Source of the DNA: an uncultured delta proteobacterium
Lineage (GTDB): Bacteria > Myxococcota > Myxococcia > Myxococcales > Anaeromyxobacteraceae
DNA: 64,000 nt
Assembly (NCBI GenBank): GCA_963814585.1
Contig: CAWFDF010000012.1
Span: 320,001-384,000 of the forward strand
Reading direction: 5' to 3'
Shown here: positions 13,905 through 25,568 of the stretch, piece by piece
Layout: every line of letters begins with the position of its first letter
Position numbering within the stretch: position 1 is the first letter of the stretch
Translations under genes and position numbers: made by a program
The notes under the pieces: model-generated
Databases searched by the model: none
What the model was told of the DNA's origin: nothing
What the model saw: the letters and a program-made list of their open reading frames with translations, nothing else

Positions 13905-14253
13905 GGTGTCCTCGTCCTTCGGCCTCGGGTTGTTGCGAGCGGAGGGCCTCGAGGGCTCCTTCCAGCTCACCGCGTGCGTGGAGATCCTGCCGGCGGGACG
14001 CCACGGCCATGCCGTCCCGGTAGGCCGTGGCCGCCTCGCCGCCCCGGCCCGCCGCCTCGAGCGTCTGCCCGAGCATCAGCCAGGTGGGGACGTAGTCCGG
14101 CGCCCGCGCCGCGAGCTCCCGGAAGGCCTGCACGGCCTCGCCGAGCCGGCCCATGCCCCGGAGGTGCATGGCCAGCCCGTAGCGGGTGAAGGGATCGTCG
14201 GGCCTGGCCTGCACGAGCTTCTGGAAGGCCTCGAGCCGTTGCTCTTCGGTCAT
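13897..14253 (-). CDS. Small TPR protein
   Basis: PDDPFTRYGLA...PDYVPTWLMLGQ TPR pattern. Overlaps the fabI start. Confidence 0.85.
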   Translation of the reverse strand: MTEEQRLEAFQKLVQARPDDPFTRYGLAMHLRGMGRLGEAVQAFRELAARAPDYVPTWLMLGQTLEAAGRGGEAATAYRDGMAVASRRQDLHARGELEGALEALRSQQPEAEGRGHHE

Positions 14254-14317
14254 CGAACCGCGCTACATACACGAATCGAGCGCGTGGGTCCACGACCCGC
14301 GGTGCTACGCTCCTGGC

Positions 14318-14917
14318 GTGTCCGTCCCCTACCCCGACATCACCGGCGCGCTCATCGCCGGGGGCCGCGCCGCTCGCATGGGGGGGGTGCCCAAGGGCCT
14401 GCTGCGGCTCGAGGGGCGGCCCGTGCTGGCGCGCTCGCTCGACCTCTTCGGGAGGCTCTTCGGCGCCTCGCTGCTGGTGGTCAACGACCCCTCGCCGTAC
14501 CAGGGCTTCGAGGTGGACCAGCTCGCCGATCTCCTCCCCGACCGCGGCGCGCCGGGCGGACTTCACGCGGCGTTGACGGCGTCGAGGACGCCGTGGGTCT
14601 TCGCCGCCGGCTGCGACATGCCGTTCCTCTCGGCCGCGGGAATCGCGCTGCTGGCGGCCCGCCGCGCCGGGGCCCCGGCGGTGGTGCCGCGCTGGGACGG
14701 CCGGTTCGAGCCGCTGCACGCCCTCTGGTCGCGGGAGGCGCTGCCCGCGCTGGAGCGGGCGCTGGCCGATGGGGACCTGTCGATGCAGAGGCTGGTCGCG
14801 CTGGTGGGAGCCGCGGTGGTCGAGGCCGACGAGTGGCGCGGCGTCGATCCCGAAGGCCGGGCCTTCCTGAACGCCAACACCCCGGACGAGGCCTCGCGGA
14901 TGGGCCTGTCGAGCTGA
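14318..14917 (+). CDS. mobA: Molybdenum cofactor guanylyltransferase
   Basis: IAGGRAARMGG..K, PGGLHAAL, GCDMPF, EPLHALW, NANTPDE. Confidence 0.9.
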   Translation: MSVPYPDITGALIAGGRAARMGGVPKGLLRLEGRPVLARSLDLFGRLFGASLLVVNDPSPYQGFEVDQLADLLPDRGAPGGLHAALTASRTPWVFAAGCDMPFLSAAGIALLAARRAGAPAVVPRWDGRFEPLHALWSREALPALERALADGDLSMQRLVALVGAAVVEADEWRGVDPEGRAFLNANTPDEASRMGLSS

Positions 14918-15016
14918 CGCTCCGCCGGTGGCGGCCGCGACCTCGCGCCGATCCGCTGGCGGAGGCGGGCGGAGCCGGTGTGGCGACCTCGCCCGGGGGC
15001 CGTTACATCTCCGGAC

Positions 15017-15631
15017 ATGTCCCTGAAGGTGACCCTCTACACCGACATCGTCTGCCCCTTCTGCTTCATCGCCGAGGTGAGCAGCGTGCGCCGGCTGCAG
15101 GAGGAGTACGACGTCGAGCTCGACTGGCGGGGCTTCGAGCTCCACCCCGACACGCCGCCGGGCGGCCGCCGCCTGGCGGACGTCTTCGGCGAGGAGCGCA
15201 GCCAGGCCATGCGCGGGTACCTGACGCGTTTCGCCGCCGAGTTCGGCGTCACCGGCATGACCTTCCGCGACGTGATGCCGAGCACGCGCCGCGCGCTGGC
15301 GGTCGCCGAGTTCGCCCGTGACCAGGGCAAGCTCCACGCCTTCCGCGCCGCCGCCATGGAGGCGGCCTGGCGCCACGGACAGGACGTCGAGGATCCCGAG
15401 GTGCTGGCCCTGTGCGCCCGGGCCGCCGGGCTCGACCCGGTGGCGGCGGTCGAGGCCTTCGACGAGCCCACCTACCTGGCCCGGGTGATGACCATGGGCG
15501 CCGAGGCGCGCCGCACCGGCGTCACCGGCGTCCCCACCCTGCTGGTCGGAGGACGGCGCGTGGTCGGGTGCCAGCCCTACCAGGCGCTGGCGGAGGCGGC
15601 CGAGGCCGAGGGGGCGAAGCGGCGGGCCTGA
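15017..15631 (+). CDS. DsbA/FrnE-family oxidoreductase
   Basis: DIVCPFC, FELHP, GVTGVPT, VGCQP. Confidence 0.9.
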   Translation: MSLKVTLYTDIVCPFCFIAEVSSVRRLQEEYDVELDWRGFELHPDTPPGGRRLADVFGEERSQAMRGYLTRFAAEFGVTGMTFRDVMPSTRRALAVAEFARDQGKLHAFRAAAMEAAWRHGQDVEDPEVLALCARAAGLDPVAAVEAFDEPTYLARVMTMGAEARRTGVTGVPTLLVGGRRVVGCQPYQALAEAAEAEGAKRRA

Positions 15632-15646
15632 GTCCGGGAGGTGGAG

Positions 15647-17650
15647 TCAGTCCTGCCGCGGACCGCGCCGGACCGAGTGGCCGTGGCCGCTCAGCGGGCG
15701 GGGCTTGTGGCCGCCGGGCCGATCGGCCACCGACCGAGGCGCGGACGGTCGCGGCGCGTAGGGCCGGCTGCCGTAGGGCCGGCTCGCGGACGGACGGCTC
15801 GCGGGCGGACGGTTCCCGGACGAACGGTTCCCGGACGGACGGGTCTCGGGCGGACGAGCCGCGGACGGACGGGCCTCGGACGGACGGGCCTCGGACGGAC
15901 GGGCCTCGGGCGGACGGGCTTCCGGCGAGCGGACGGACCTCGCGAACGGCCGGCTCGCGGGCGGACGAATGGCGTCCGGTTGGCTCGCGGGGGGCGGTCG
16001 CCCTGCCAGCGCCTCGCCCGGCGGCCGGGCCGGTTCGATGCGGAGCCCGGGTGCGCGCGGATCGGGGACCCGCGCGGCGGCGGCGAACCGGGCGGCGGCT
16101 CCCGTGGCCACCTCGAAGCGGGTCTCGGCGGCGAGGATGACGATCTTGCCGATGTCGTCGCGGGTCACGCCGCCGCGCCGGCAGAGCAGCGGCAGGATCC
16201 ACTTCGGGTCGGCCTTCTTCTCGCGGCCGGTGGAGATGCGGAACCAGGCGGCCTCGGCGGGCGGCCCCGCGCGTGCCGGGCGCGGACCGCGCGGCGCCTC
16301 GCTGGCGGCGCGCGCCGTCTCCGGGAGCTCCTCCGGGGCCGGCAACGCCGCCCGGGCCCGGCGCACCAGCGCCAGCGCCACCGCCACCGGATCCCGGCCG
16401 GCCAGCAGGGCGCGGGCCGCCGTGAGCTCGTCCTCGGCCGCCTCGGCCATCGTCCCCGACACCTCGGCCGCCAGCCGGGTCTCGTCCTGGAGGCGGATCT
16501 GGTCGGCGGTCGGCACCGGCGCCCACTCCGGCGCCACGCCGGCCTCGCGGAGCATCCGCTCCAGCCTGGAGCGCTCCGGCGGGGACGCCAGCAGCACCGC
16601 CAGCCCCTTCCTCCCGGCCCGGCCGGTGCGGCCGCTGCGGTGCTGCAGCGCCGAGGCGTCCTGCGGCAGGTCGGCGTGGAGCACCAGCTCGATGCCCGGG
16701 AGGTCGAGGCCGCGAGCCGCCACGTCGGTGGCCACCAGCACCCTGGCCCGGCCGTCGCGCAGGGCCTTCAGGGCCCGTAGCCGCTCGGCCTGCGTCAGCT
16801 CGCCGGAGATGGCCACGGTCTCGAAGCCGCGCTCGCCGAGCGAGGCGGCGGTGTGGGTGACCGCCTCGCGCCGGGCCCGGAAGACCAGCGCGCTGGCCGG
16901 CTCGAGCGACCGGAGGACGTTGACGATGACGTGCTCGCGCTCGCGCTGCGCCACCACGTGGGCCCGGTAGGTGATGTCCTCGTGGGCCTGCCGGGGCGGC
17001 GTGGCCGTGACCCGCACCGCCTCCCGCGTGTAGGCCCGGGCCAGCTCGACGATGGGCTTCGGCATGGTGGCCGAGAAGAGGATGGTGCGCCGCTCCGCCG
17101 GCGCCGCCTCGAGGATGGCCTCCAGCTCCTCGCGGAAGCCCATGTCCAGCATCTCGTCGGCCTCGTCGAGCACCAGCGCACCCAGGACCGAGAGGTCGAG
17201 GACGCGGCGCGAGATGTGGTCGACGAGGCGCCCGGGCGTGCCCACCACGACGTGGACGCCGGCGGCCAGCGCCTTGGCCTCACGCCGCGGATCCAGCCCG
17301 CCCACGCAGGCCGTGACGATGGCGCCGGCCGGGCCCAGCAGCCAGGAGAGCTCGCGCTGGACCTGCACCGCCAGCTCGCGCGTCGGCGCGATCACCAGGG
17401 CCAGCGGCGGGCCGCCGCGGCCGAAGGCGGGCGCCTCGCCGAGCAGCGTCTCCGCCAGCACCAGGCCGAAGGCGACGGTCTTGCCGGAGCCGGTCCGCGA
17501 CGAGACCAGCAGGTCCTTGCCGCGCAGCGCGGGGTCGAGCACGGCCGCCTGCACCGGGGTCGGCTCGGCGTAGCCGCGGGCCGAGAGCGCGCGCTGCAGG
17601 GCGGGATGTGCGGCCAGCGAGGCGAACGAGGCGGCGGCGGGAGCGCTCAC
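15647..17650 (-). CDS. DEAD-box RNA helicase with DbpA RNA-binding domain and repetitive tail
   Basis: PTPVQ, TGSGKT, PTRELA, DEAD, SAT, HRSGRTGRAG, DbpA-like DDIGKI. GTG start at 17650. Confidence 0.93.
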   Translation of the reverse strand: MSAPAAASFASLAAHPALQRALSARGYAEPTPVQAAVLDPALRGKDLLVSSRTGSGKTVAFGLVLAETLLGEAPAFGRGGPPLALVIAPTRELAVQVQRELSWLLGPAGAIVTACVGGLDPRREAKALAAGVHVVVGTPGRLVDHISRRVLDLSVLGALVLDEADEMLDMGFREELEAILEAAPAERRTILFSATMPKPIVELARAYTREAVRVTATPPRQAHEDITYRAHVVAQREREHVIVNVLRSLEPASALVFRARREAVTHTAASLGERGFETVAISGELTQAERLRALKALRDGRARVLVATDVAARGLDLPGIELVLHADLPQDASALQHRSGRTGRAGRKGLAVLLASPPERSRLERMLREAGVAPEWAPVPTADQIRLQDETRLAAEVSGTMAEAAEDELTAARALLAGRDPVAVALALVRRARAALPAPEELPETARAASEAPRGPRPARAGPPAEAAWFRISTGREKKADPKWILPLLCRRGGVTRDDIGKIVILAAETRFEVATGAAARFAAAARVPDPRAPGLRIEPARPPGEALAGRPPPASQPDAIRPPASRPFARSVRSPEARPPEARPSEARPSEARPSAARPPETRPSGNRSSGNRPPASRPSASRPYGSRPYAPRPSAPRSVADRPGGHKPRPLSGHGHSVRRGPRQD
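15720..15990 (-). repeat. Degenerate 15-bp tandem repeat encoding R-P-x-x-x pentapeptides
   Basis: ggacggacgggcctc units; protein reads RPPEA RPSEA RPSEA RPSAA RPPET RPSGN ... RPYGS RPYAP. Confidence 0.9.
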
Positions 17651-17828
17651 GCGGCCCTTGTAGCAGAGGGGGCGTGGTGGCGATACCTGGCGCCCCGACC
17701 CCTGCCGTGATCCCGGCCGGGGCCAGGCTTGACCGGCAGGCCTGCCCACTCCACCATCCCCACGCCTGCCCGCCGCCGATCCCTACGCCGCCCTCCGCTT
17801 CCCGGAGTACCGCGCCTTCCTGGCGGCC

Positions 17829-19016
17829 ATGACCGCCATCTTCGTGGCCACGCAGATCCAGAGCGCGGTGCTGGGCTGGCAGGTCTACCTCCTCACCGGC
17901 GACCCCTTCGCCCTCGGCCTGATCGGCCTCGCCGAGGCGGTCCCCTTCCTGGCCCTGACGCTGGTGGGGGGCTGGGCCGCCGACCGCACCGACCGGCGCC
18001 GCGTCTCGCTGCTCTCCTTCGGGGCCGTCGGCCTCTCCGGACTGGCCCTCTTCCTCCTCACCCTCGGCCCGCCCGGCCCCGTCCTCCCGCTCTACGGCGC
18101 GCAGGTGCTGGCCGGGCTCGGCCGCGCCTTCTTCCGTCCCGCCTCCGCCGCGCTCGGCACCGAGCTGGTGCCTCGCGAGCACTTCCAGAACGCCGCCTCC
18201 TGGCGCTCCTCGCTGTTCCACGCCGCCATGGTGCTCGGCCCCGCCGTCGGCGGCGGTCTCATCGCGCTGGGCGGCCCGCGCCTCGCCTACGGCGTGGTGG
18301 TGACGCTCTCCGTCACCGGCCTGCTGCTCATGGCCACCATCGCGCCGCGCCCTCGCCCGGCCGGGGCCGCCGGACCGATCGGCGCCGGCCTCTCCGAGGG
18401 GATCCGCTTCGTCTTCTCCCAGCCCATCCTGCTCGGTGCGCTCGGCCTCGACCTCTTCGCCGTCCTCTTCGGCGGCGCCACGGCGCTGCTCCCGATCTTC
18501 GCGCGCGACATCCTCGGCGTCGGCGAGGTCGGCTTCGGCTTCCTGCGCGCCGCGCCCGCCGCCGGCTCGATCATCGTGGCCCTGCTGCTGGCGCGCTTCG
18601 GCTCGCTCCGGCGCGCCGGCCGCGTGCTGCTCTGGTGCGTGGCCGGCTTCGGCGTCACCTGGATGCTCTTCGCCCTGTCCCGCTCCTTCGCCCTCTCGCT
18701 GGCGCTGCTGGTGCTCGGCGGCGCCCTCGACGGCGTCTCGGTGATCCTGCGCGGAACGCTGGTGCAGCTCTGGACGCCCCAGGCCATGATGGGGCGCGTG
18801 GCGGCGGTCAACAGCTTCTTCATCGGCTCGTCCAACGAGCTGGGCGCCTTCGAGAGCGGCCTGGCGGCCAGGCTGCTGGGCGTCGTCCCGTCGGTCCTCT
18901 TCGGCGGGACCATGACGCTGGTGACGGTGGCCTGGGTGGCGTGGCGGGCCCCGGCGCTGCGTCGCCTGGGCCGTCTCTCACCGGAGGGGACCGATGGCGA
19001 CGCGCACCCTGCGTGA
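17829..19016 (+). CDS. MFS transporter (true start probably further upstream)
   Basis: About 12 hydrophobic segments, [12 protein letters not shown] motif A, MMGRV...SNELG. In-frame upstream DPYAALRFPEYR looks conserved but has no ATG/GTG/TTG. Confidence 0.88.
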   Translation: MTAIFVATQIQSAVLGWQVYLLTGDPFALGLIGLAEAVPFLALTLVGGWAADRTDRRRVSLLSFGAVGLSGLALFLLTLGPPGPVLPLYGAQVLAGLGRAFFRPASAALGTELVPREHFQNAASWRSSLFHAAMVLGPAVGGGLIALGGPRLAYGVVVTLSVTGLLLMATIAPRPRPAGAAGPIGAGLSEGIRFVFSQPILLGALGLDLFAVLFGGATALLPIFARDILGVGEVGFGFLRAAPAAGSIIVALLLARFGSLRRAGRVLLWCVAGFGVTWMLFALSRSFALSLALLVLGGALDGVSVILRGTLVQLWTPQAMMGRVAAVNSFFIGSSNELGAFESGLAARLLGVVPSVLFGGTMTLVTVAWVAWRAPALRRLGRLSPEGTDGDAHPA

Positions 19017-19779
19017 CTGGCTCGGGGAGGGCCCGTACACGCTGGCCCTGTCCTCCGGCTTCTTCGGGTTCTTCGCCCACGCCGGCGTGCTGGTGGTGCT
19101 CGAGGAGGAGGGGCTCCTGCCCGCCCGCCTCTGCGGCTCCTCGGCCGGCGCGCTGGTGGGCGGCCTGTTCGCGGCGGGGCTGCCGGCGTCGGCGATCCGG
19201 GAGCAGCTGCTCACGCTCCGCCGGGACGACTTCTGGGATCCCCGTCCGGGGCTCGGGCTGCTGCGCGGCGCCCGCTTCCGGGCCCGGCTCGACGGCCTCC
19301 TCCGCGTCGAGACCTTCGAGGCCTGCTCCCGCCCCCTGGCGATCTCGGCCTGGGACCCGCTGGCCCGCCAGACCGTGGTGCTGCGGAGCGGCCCGCTCGC
19401 GCCGGCCATCCAGGCCTCCGGCTCGGTCCCCTTCCTCTTCCAGCCGGTCCGCCTCGGGGGTCGCTGGCTCCTCGACGGCGGCGTCGCCGATCGACACGGC
19501 CTGGCCGGGGCCCCGCCAGCCGGCGCGACCGGAGCGCCGCCCCCGCGCGTCCTCTATCACCACATCACCTCGCGCTCCCCGTGGCGCCGCGCCGGCAGCC
19601 CGGCGCTCCGGATCCCCGACCGCCCCGGCCTGGTCGCGGTCGCGCTCCACGGCCTGCCCCGGCCCGGGCCCTTCCGCCTGGCGCTGGGCGCCGAGGCGCT
19701 GGCGCGGGCCGCCGACGGGATGCGCGCCGCGCTAGGCGGGCCGGCGGAGGAGCGCCTCGCTGCTGTAGAGCGCCAGTGA
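18994..19779 (+). CDS. Patatin-like phospholipase
   Basis: [20 protein letters not shown]. Confidence 0.9.
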   Translation: MATRTLRDWLGEGPYTLALSSGFFGFFAHAGVLVVLEEEGLLPARLCGSSAGALVGGLFAAGLPASAIREQLLTLRRDDFWDPRPGLGLLRGARFRARLDGLLRVETFEACSRPLAISAWDPLARQTVVLRSGPLAPAIQASGSVPFLFQPVRLGGRWLLDGGVADRHGLAGAPPAGATGAPPPRVLYHHITSRSPWRRAGSPALRIPDRPGLVAVALHGLPRPGPFRLALGAEALARAADGMRAALGGPAEERLAAVERQ

Positions 19780-20618
19780 CGCCCAGATGCAGCCGAAGGC
19801 GACGGCGTGCGCGGCGGTGAAGGTCTCGCCGAAGCGCCAGACCGCCAGCGCGAACTGCGTGGTCGGGTTGACGTAGAGGAGCAGCCCGACGGTCGCCAGG
19901 GTGAGGCGCCGGACCCCCACCGCGAAGAGCAGGAGCGGCACCGCCGTCACCACCCCGGTGAGCGTGAGCAGCGCGGTGACCCCCGGCGCGGACCCGAGGT
20001 GCCCCTCGCCGCGCCACGCCAGCCAGAGGAGCCAGCCCACCGCCAGCGGCGACAGCACCGCCACCTCGGCGAGCAGCCCGGCGATGGCATCGACCGCCAG
20101 CCGCTTGCGGAGCAGCCCGTAGAGCCCGAAGGAGCCCGCCAGCGCCAGCGCCACCCAGGGCACCTTCCCCACCCAGAGCACCATGGCCAGCACCCCGGCC
20201 GCGGCCAGCACCACCGCCCCCACCTGCCTGCGGCTGAGCGCCTCGTGCAGGAAGAGCACGCCCAGCAGCACCGAGACCAGCGGGGTGATGAAGTACCCGA
20301 GGCTCGCCTCCAGCACCCGCCCCGACTGGACCGCCCAGATGAAGACCAGCCAGTTGGTGGAGATGAGGAGCGCGCTGGCGGTGAGCGACCGGATCGCCCC
20401 GGGGCGCCCGAGCTGCACCAGCACCGACGGCCACCGGCGCAGCAGCGTCACCAGCACGCCCATGAAGAGCGCGCTCCACGCCACCCGGTGGGCCAGCACC
20501 TCGCTGGCCGGGACGCCCTGGAGGGCGTGGAAGTAGAGGGGGAAGAGCCCCAGATCAGGTAGGCCGAGGCGGCAGCGGCCACGCCGGCCGACTGCTGGCG
20601 CTTGGCGGTGGTGGTCAT
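19732..20618 (-). CDS. rarD: EamA/RarD-family transporter (apparent 1-nt deletion at 20548-20551)
   Basis: AYLIWG then (one G added) LFPLYF...[27 protein letters not shown]. Confidence 0.85.
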
Positions 20619-20636
20619 GGCGCGGCTCGCTGGCGG

Positions 20637-21349
<713 letters not shown>

Positions 21350-21353
<4 letters not shown>

Positions 21354-22165
21354 GGCGCCGCTCCCGGTCCCGGGACGGCGATGTGCCGCTCCTCCAGGTA
21401 GGCGTCGCCGAGGTAGGCCTCGATCACCTTGGGGTCGCGCCGCACCTCGGCGGGCGAGCCGGCGGCGATGGTGCAGCCGTGGTCCAGCACCAGCAGCCGC
21501 TCCGACACCCCCATCACCAGCCGCATGTCGTGCTCGATCACCAGGATGGCGATCCCGAAGCGGTCGCGGATGGAGCGGATCAGCTCCATCAGCTCGACCT
21601 TCTCGCCGGCGTTCATCCCGGCGGCCGGCTCGTCGAGGCAGAGCAGCTTCGGCCCGGTGGCCAGGGCGCGGGCGATCTCCAGGCGCCGCTGCTCGCCGTA
21701 GGGGAGGTTGCGCGACACCTCGTCGCGCCGGCTCCCCAGCCCCATGACCTCGAGGTACTCCTCGGCGCGGGCCAGGATGCGCGCCTCCTCCCGCAGGTGG
21801 CGCCCGGTGAGGAAGAGCGCGTCGAAGAACCCGCTCTCGGCGCGGGCGTGGCAGGCCACCCGGACGTTGTCGAGGGCCGTCAGCTCGCGGAAGAGCCGGA
21901 TGTTCTGGAAGGTGCGGGCCACGCCGCGGGCGCAGATCTGGTGCGGTCGCCGACCGTTGACCCGCGCTCCGCCCACCTTCACCTCGCCCTCGCTGGGCTG
22001 GTAGACGCCGGTGATGGCGTTGAAGGCGGTGGTCTTGCCGGCGCCGTTCGGGCCGATGAGCCCGACCAGTTCCCCCGGGCGCATCACCAGGTTGAAGTCG
22101 GCCAGCGCCTTCAGGCCGCCGAAGCGCATGGTGACGCCGGTCACCTCCAGGGTGGCGTCGCTCAC
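21350..22165 (-). CDS. livG: Branched-chain amino acid ABC transporter ATPase LivG
   Basis: FGGLKAL, GPNGAGKT, RTFQNIRLF, LPYGEQRRLEIARA, DEPAAG. Confidence 0.93.
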
Positions 22166-23184
22166 GGCCCGCCCCCCGCGTCGGCCGCCCCCGCGGCGCC
22201 CTTGCGGGCCCCGCGCCGCCTGAAGAGCGGCAGGTCCCAGAGCTCGTGGGTGCCGAAGATCCCCTGCGGCCGCAGCAGCATGAGGACGATGAGCAGCGCC
22301 GCGTAGACCACCATCCGGTAGGCCTGGAACTCGCGCAGCGCCTCCAGCCCGAGCGTGAGCACCACCGCCGAGATCACCGAGCCGGTGATCGAGCCGAGGC
22401 CGCCCAGCACGATCATCACCACCACCTCGATGGAGCGGACGAAGGTGAACATCCGCGGGGTGGCCAGCAGGATGGCGTGGGCGATGAGCGCGCCGGCCAG
22501 CCCGGCGTAGGCCGCCGAGATGACGAAGGCCCTGACCTTGTAGCCGGTGGTGTCGACCCCCATGGCCTCGGCCGCCACCTCGTCCTCGCGGATGGCGAAG
22601 AGGGCCCGCCCCTGGGTGGAGACCGAGAGGCGCCGCGCCATCACCACGGTGGCCAGCGCCGAGATCCCGACCCAGACCAGGTTGGTGCGCAGCGGCAGGC
22701 CGGAGAGGCCGGTGGCCTGCCCGAGCGCCGGCATGTTCTCGATCACCGACCGGATGATCTCGCCGAAGCCGAGGGTGACGATGGCCAGGTAGTCGCCCCG
22801 CAGCCGCAGCGAGGGAAGGCCCACCAGCACGCCCGCCAGCCCGGCCGCCGCCATGGCCGCCGAGAGCGCCAGGGCGAAGAAGAGCTGGTCGGAGACCGCC
22901 TCGGGGAGGAAGGCCAGCTGCTGGCCCGCCAGTCCCAGCGTGATCTTGGCGGCGGTGTAGGCGCCGACCGCCATGAAGCCGGCGTGGCCGAGCGAGAACT
23001 GGCCGGTGGCGCCGTTCACCACGTTGAGCGAGACCGCCAGGATGACGTTGACGCCCACGGTGGTGAGGATCAGCGTGTAGGCCTGCGACCCGCTGGCCTG
23101 CAGCGCCCACTGGAAGGCGAGGAGCGCCGGGAGGCCGATGAGGAACGGGAGGAACGAGCGGAGCGCCTGCCGGACGGCGGCCAC
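22162..23184 (-). CDS. livM: Branched-chain amino acid ABC transporter permease LivM
   Basis: GQFSLGHAGF, RLRGDYLAIVTLGF, AIREDEVAA, LGGLGS. Confidence 0.92.
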   Translation of the reverse strand: MAAVRQALRSFLPFLIGLPALLAFQWALQASGSQAYTLILTTVGVNVILAVSLNVVNGATGQFSLGHAGFMAVGAYTAAKITLGLAGQQLAFLPEAVSDQLFFALALSAAMAAAGLAGVLVGLPSLRLRGDYLAIVTLGFGEIIRSVIENMPALGQATGLSGLPLRTNLVWVGISALATVVMARRLSVSTQGRALFAIREDEVAAEAMGVDTTGYKVRAFVISAAYAGLAGALIAHAILLATPRMFTFVRSIEVVVMIVLGGLGSITGSVISAVVLTLGLEALREFQAYRMVVYAALLIVLMLLRPQGIFGTHELWDLPLFRRRGARKGAAGAADAGGGP

Positions 23185-24139
23185 TAGACCTTCTCCACGG
23201 TGAAGCGGCCGAAGAGCCCTGCCGGGCGGACCAGCAGCACCAGGATCAGGACCGTGAAGGCGATGGCGTCGCGGTAGGAGGAGTCGGTGTAGCCGGCCAC
23301 GTACTCCTCGGCCAGCCCCAGCACCAGCCCCCCCACCATGGCGCCCGGCACGCTGCCGATGCCGCCCAGCACCGCCGCCACGAAGGCCTTCAGCCCGGCC
23401 ATGAGCCCGAAGAGCGGCTCGATGCGGGGACGCGAGACGGCGTTGATGATGCCGGCGGCCGCCGCCAGCGCGCTCCCCAGCACGAAGGTCCAGGAGATGA
23501 TGCGGTTGACCGGGATGCCCATCAGCCCCGCCACCTGCGAGTCGAAGGAGACGGCGCGCATGGCGGTGCCGAAGCGGGTCCGGTAGACGATGAACTGGAG
23601 CCCGAGCATCAGGGCCAGCGCCACCAGCAGCCCGATGATGTCGTAGTTGGAGAGGCTCACGCCCATCCACTCGTAGCCGGTCCGGGCCAGCAGCGCCGGG
23701 AAGACGCGCGGGCTCGGCCCGGGGGGAAACTCGATGGGCACGTGCACCAGCGGCGACAGCTGGAAGCCGAACTCCAGCAGGAAGGAGACGCCGATGGCGG
23801 TGATGAGCGCGGTGAGCCGGGCCCGGTGGCGCAGCGGCCGGTAGGCGAACCGCTCGATGACGTAGCCGAGCACGCCGCAGACGATCATCGCCCCATGGTG
23901 ACCACGGTGGCCTTGAAGAAGGTCTCGCCGGCGCCCGGGGGCGGGTCGGCCCAGGGCGGGCGGACCCCGACCAGCTCCGACAGGTAGTAGCCGGCGAAGG
24001 CCCCCACCATGTAGACGTCGCCGTGCGCGAAGTTGATGAGCTTCAGCACGCCGTAGACCATGGTGTAGCCGAGCGCCACCAGCGCGTAGATGGTCCCGAC
24101 CGAGAGGCCGTTGACCAGGTGCTGGAGGAACTCGGTCAC
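23184..24139 (-). CDS. livH: Branched-chain amino acid ABC transporter permease LivH (apparent 1-nt deletion at 23891-23894)
   Basis: NGLSVGTIYALVALGYTMVYGVLKLINFAHG in one frame; IERFAYRPL...KAFVAAVLGGIG in the next. Confidence 0.9.
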
Positions 24140-24145
24140 CCGGGC

Positions 24146-25337
24146 CTAGGGCTCGATGGTGGCGAGGTACTTGGCCTTGTTCTTCTCGATGCGCAGCACC
24201 ACCGCCGACTTCACGGCGTTGTGGTCGGCGTCGATGGTGATGGTCCCGCCCACGCCCGGGAAGCCCTTGGTGGCCGCGATGGCGGCGGCCACCGCCGGGC
24301 CGGAGAGGTCGGGGGCCCGCGCCATGGCGTCGAAGGCCACGTGGGCGGCGTCGTAGCCCAGCGCCGCCATCGAGTCGGGGGTGGCGCCGAACTTCTCCCG
24401 GTAGCGCTTCACGAAGGTCTGGATGAGCGGGTCGGGGTTCTCGTCGGTGTAGTGGTTGGAGAAGTACCCTCCGTCGAGCGCCCCCTGGGCGATCTCGTAG
24501 AGCTTGGCCGAGTCCCAGCCGTCGCCGCCGCCGAGCGGCACCTTGATGCCCAGCTCGCGCGCCTGCCGGCCCACCAGCGCCACGTCGGTGTAGTAGCCGG
24601 GGACGTAGATCATCTCGGGCTCCTTGCCCTTGATGGTGGTGAGCTGCGCCTTGAAGTCCTGGTCGCCGCCCTTGAAGCTCTGGTCGCTGACGATGGTCCC
24701 GCCCAGCTCCTCGAACTTCTTCTTGAAGTAGTCGGCCAGCCCGACCGAGTAGTCGCTCCCCACGTCGCGCAGGATGGCCACCTTCTTCAGCTTCAGGTTC
24801 TCCCTGGCGAACTTGGCCATCACCGTCCCCTGGAACGGGTCGATGAAGCAGACGCGGAAGACGTACGGGCGGGTCTTGTCGCCGTCCTTGGTGACCCGCG
24901 GGTTGGTGGAGGTCGGCGAGATCTGCGGCACCTTGTTGGCGTCGGCGATGGGCGCCATGGCCAGCGAGCGGCTCGAGGCCACCTCGCCGATCAGCACCAC
25001 CACCTTGTCCTGGGTGATGAGCCGCGTGGCGGCGACGGCCGCCTCCTCCGGCTTCCCCTGGTCGTCGTAGGTCTTGGCCTCGACCCGCTTCCCCTTGATG
25101 CCGCCCTTGGCGTTGATGTCCTCGATGGCGAGCCGCAGGCCGTTCTCGGTGGAGACGCCGAAGGATGGCCTCCGAGCCGGTGAGCGAGCCGACGTGGCCG
25201 ATGAGGATGGTGTCCGCGGCCGGCGTGGCGGCGGCGGCCGGGGCGGGGGCGCCCTTGGGGGCCTCGGGCTTCTTCTGCTCGCAGGCGGCGGTGACGATCG
25301 CCAGGGTCATCAGGACTGCTGCACGAACGAGTCGCAT
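24146..25337 (-). CDS. Branched-chain amino acid ABC substrate-binding lipoprotein (apparent 1-nt insertion near 25165)
   Basis: Lipobox VTAAC, IGHVGSLTG; FRVCFIDPFQG, DFKAQLT, GGDGWD, LGYDA. Confidence 0.88.
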
Positions 25338-25568
25338 CTCAGCCTCCGTCGGAAGGGGATCAGCGGTGGGGGACCGCGACCTGGCATCAAAGCCCAGCAC
25401 CGACGAAACGTCGAGGCGAAAGGCGACGGGGCCCGCTGGCCGACCGGGCCAGGGCCCCGGCCGCCATGGCCGACGGGGGACGGGGCGGCCTGGAACGGGC
25501 CGTGCGCGGCGCCGGGGCGGGCCCGGCCTGGCGCCTCGCCCCGAACCGGCCTGGATCGCCGCCGCGCG

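Noticed and set aside
15720..15990. CRISPR array
   Set aside because: Units are contiguous 15-mers in a coding frame with no spacers, and there are no cas genes in the window.
17733..17828. Non-canonical CTG start for the MFS gene
   Set aside because: The upstream in-frame sequence looks coding, but given the indel rate a sequence error at the start is equally likely.
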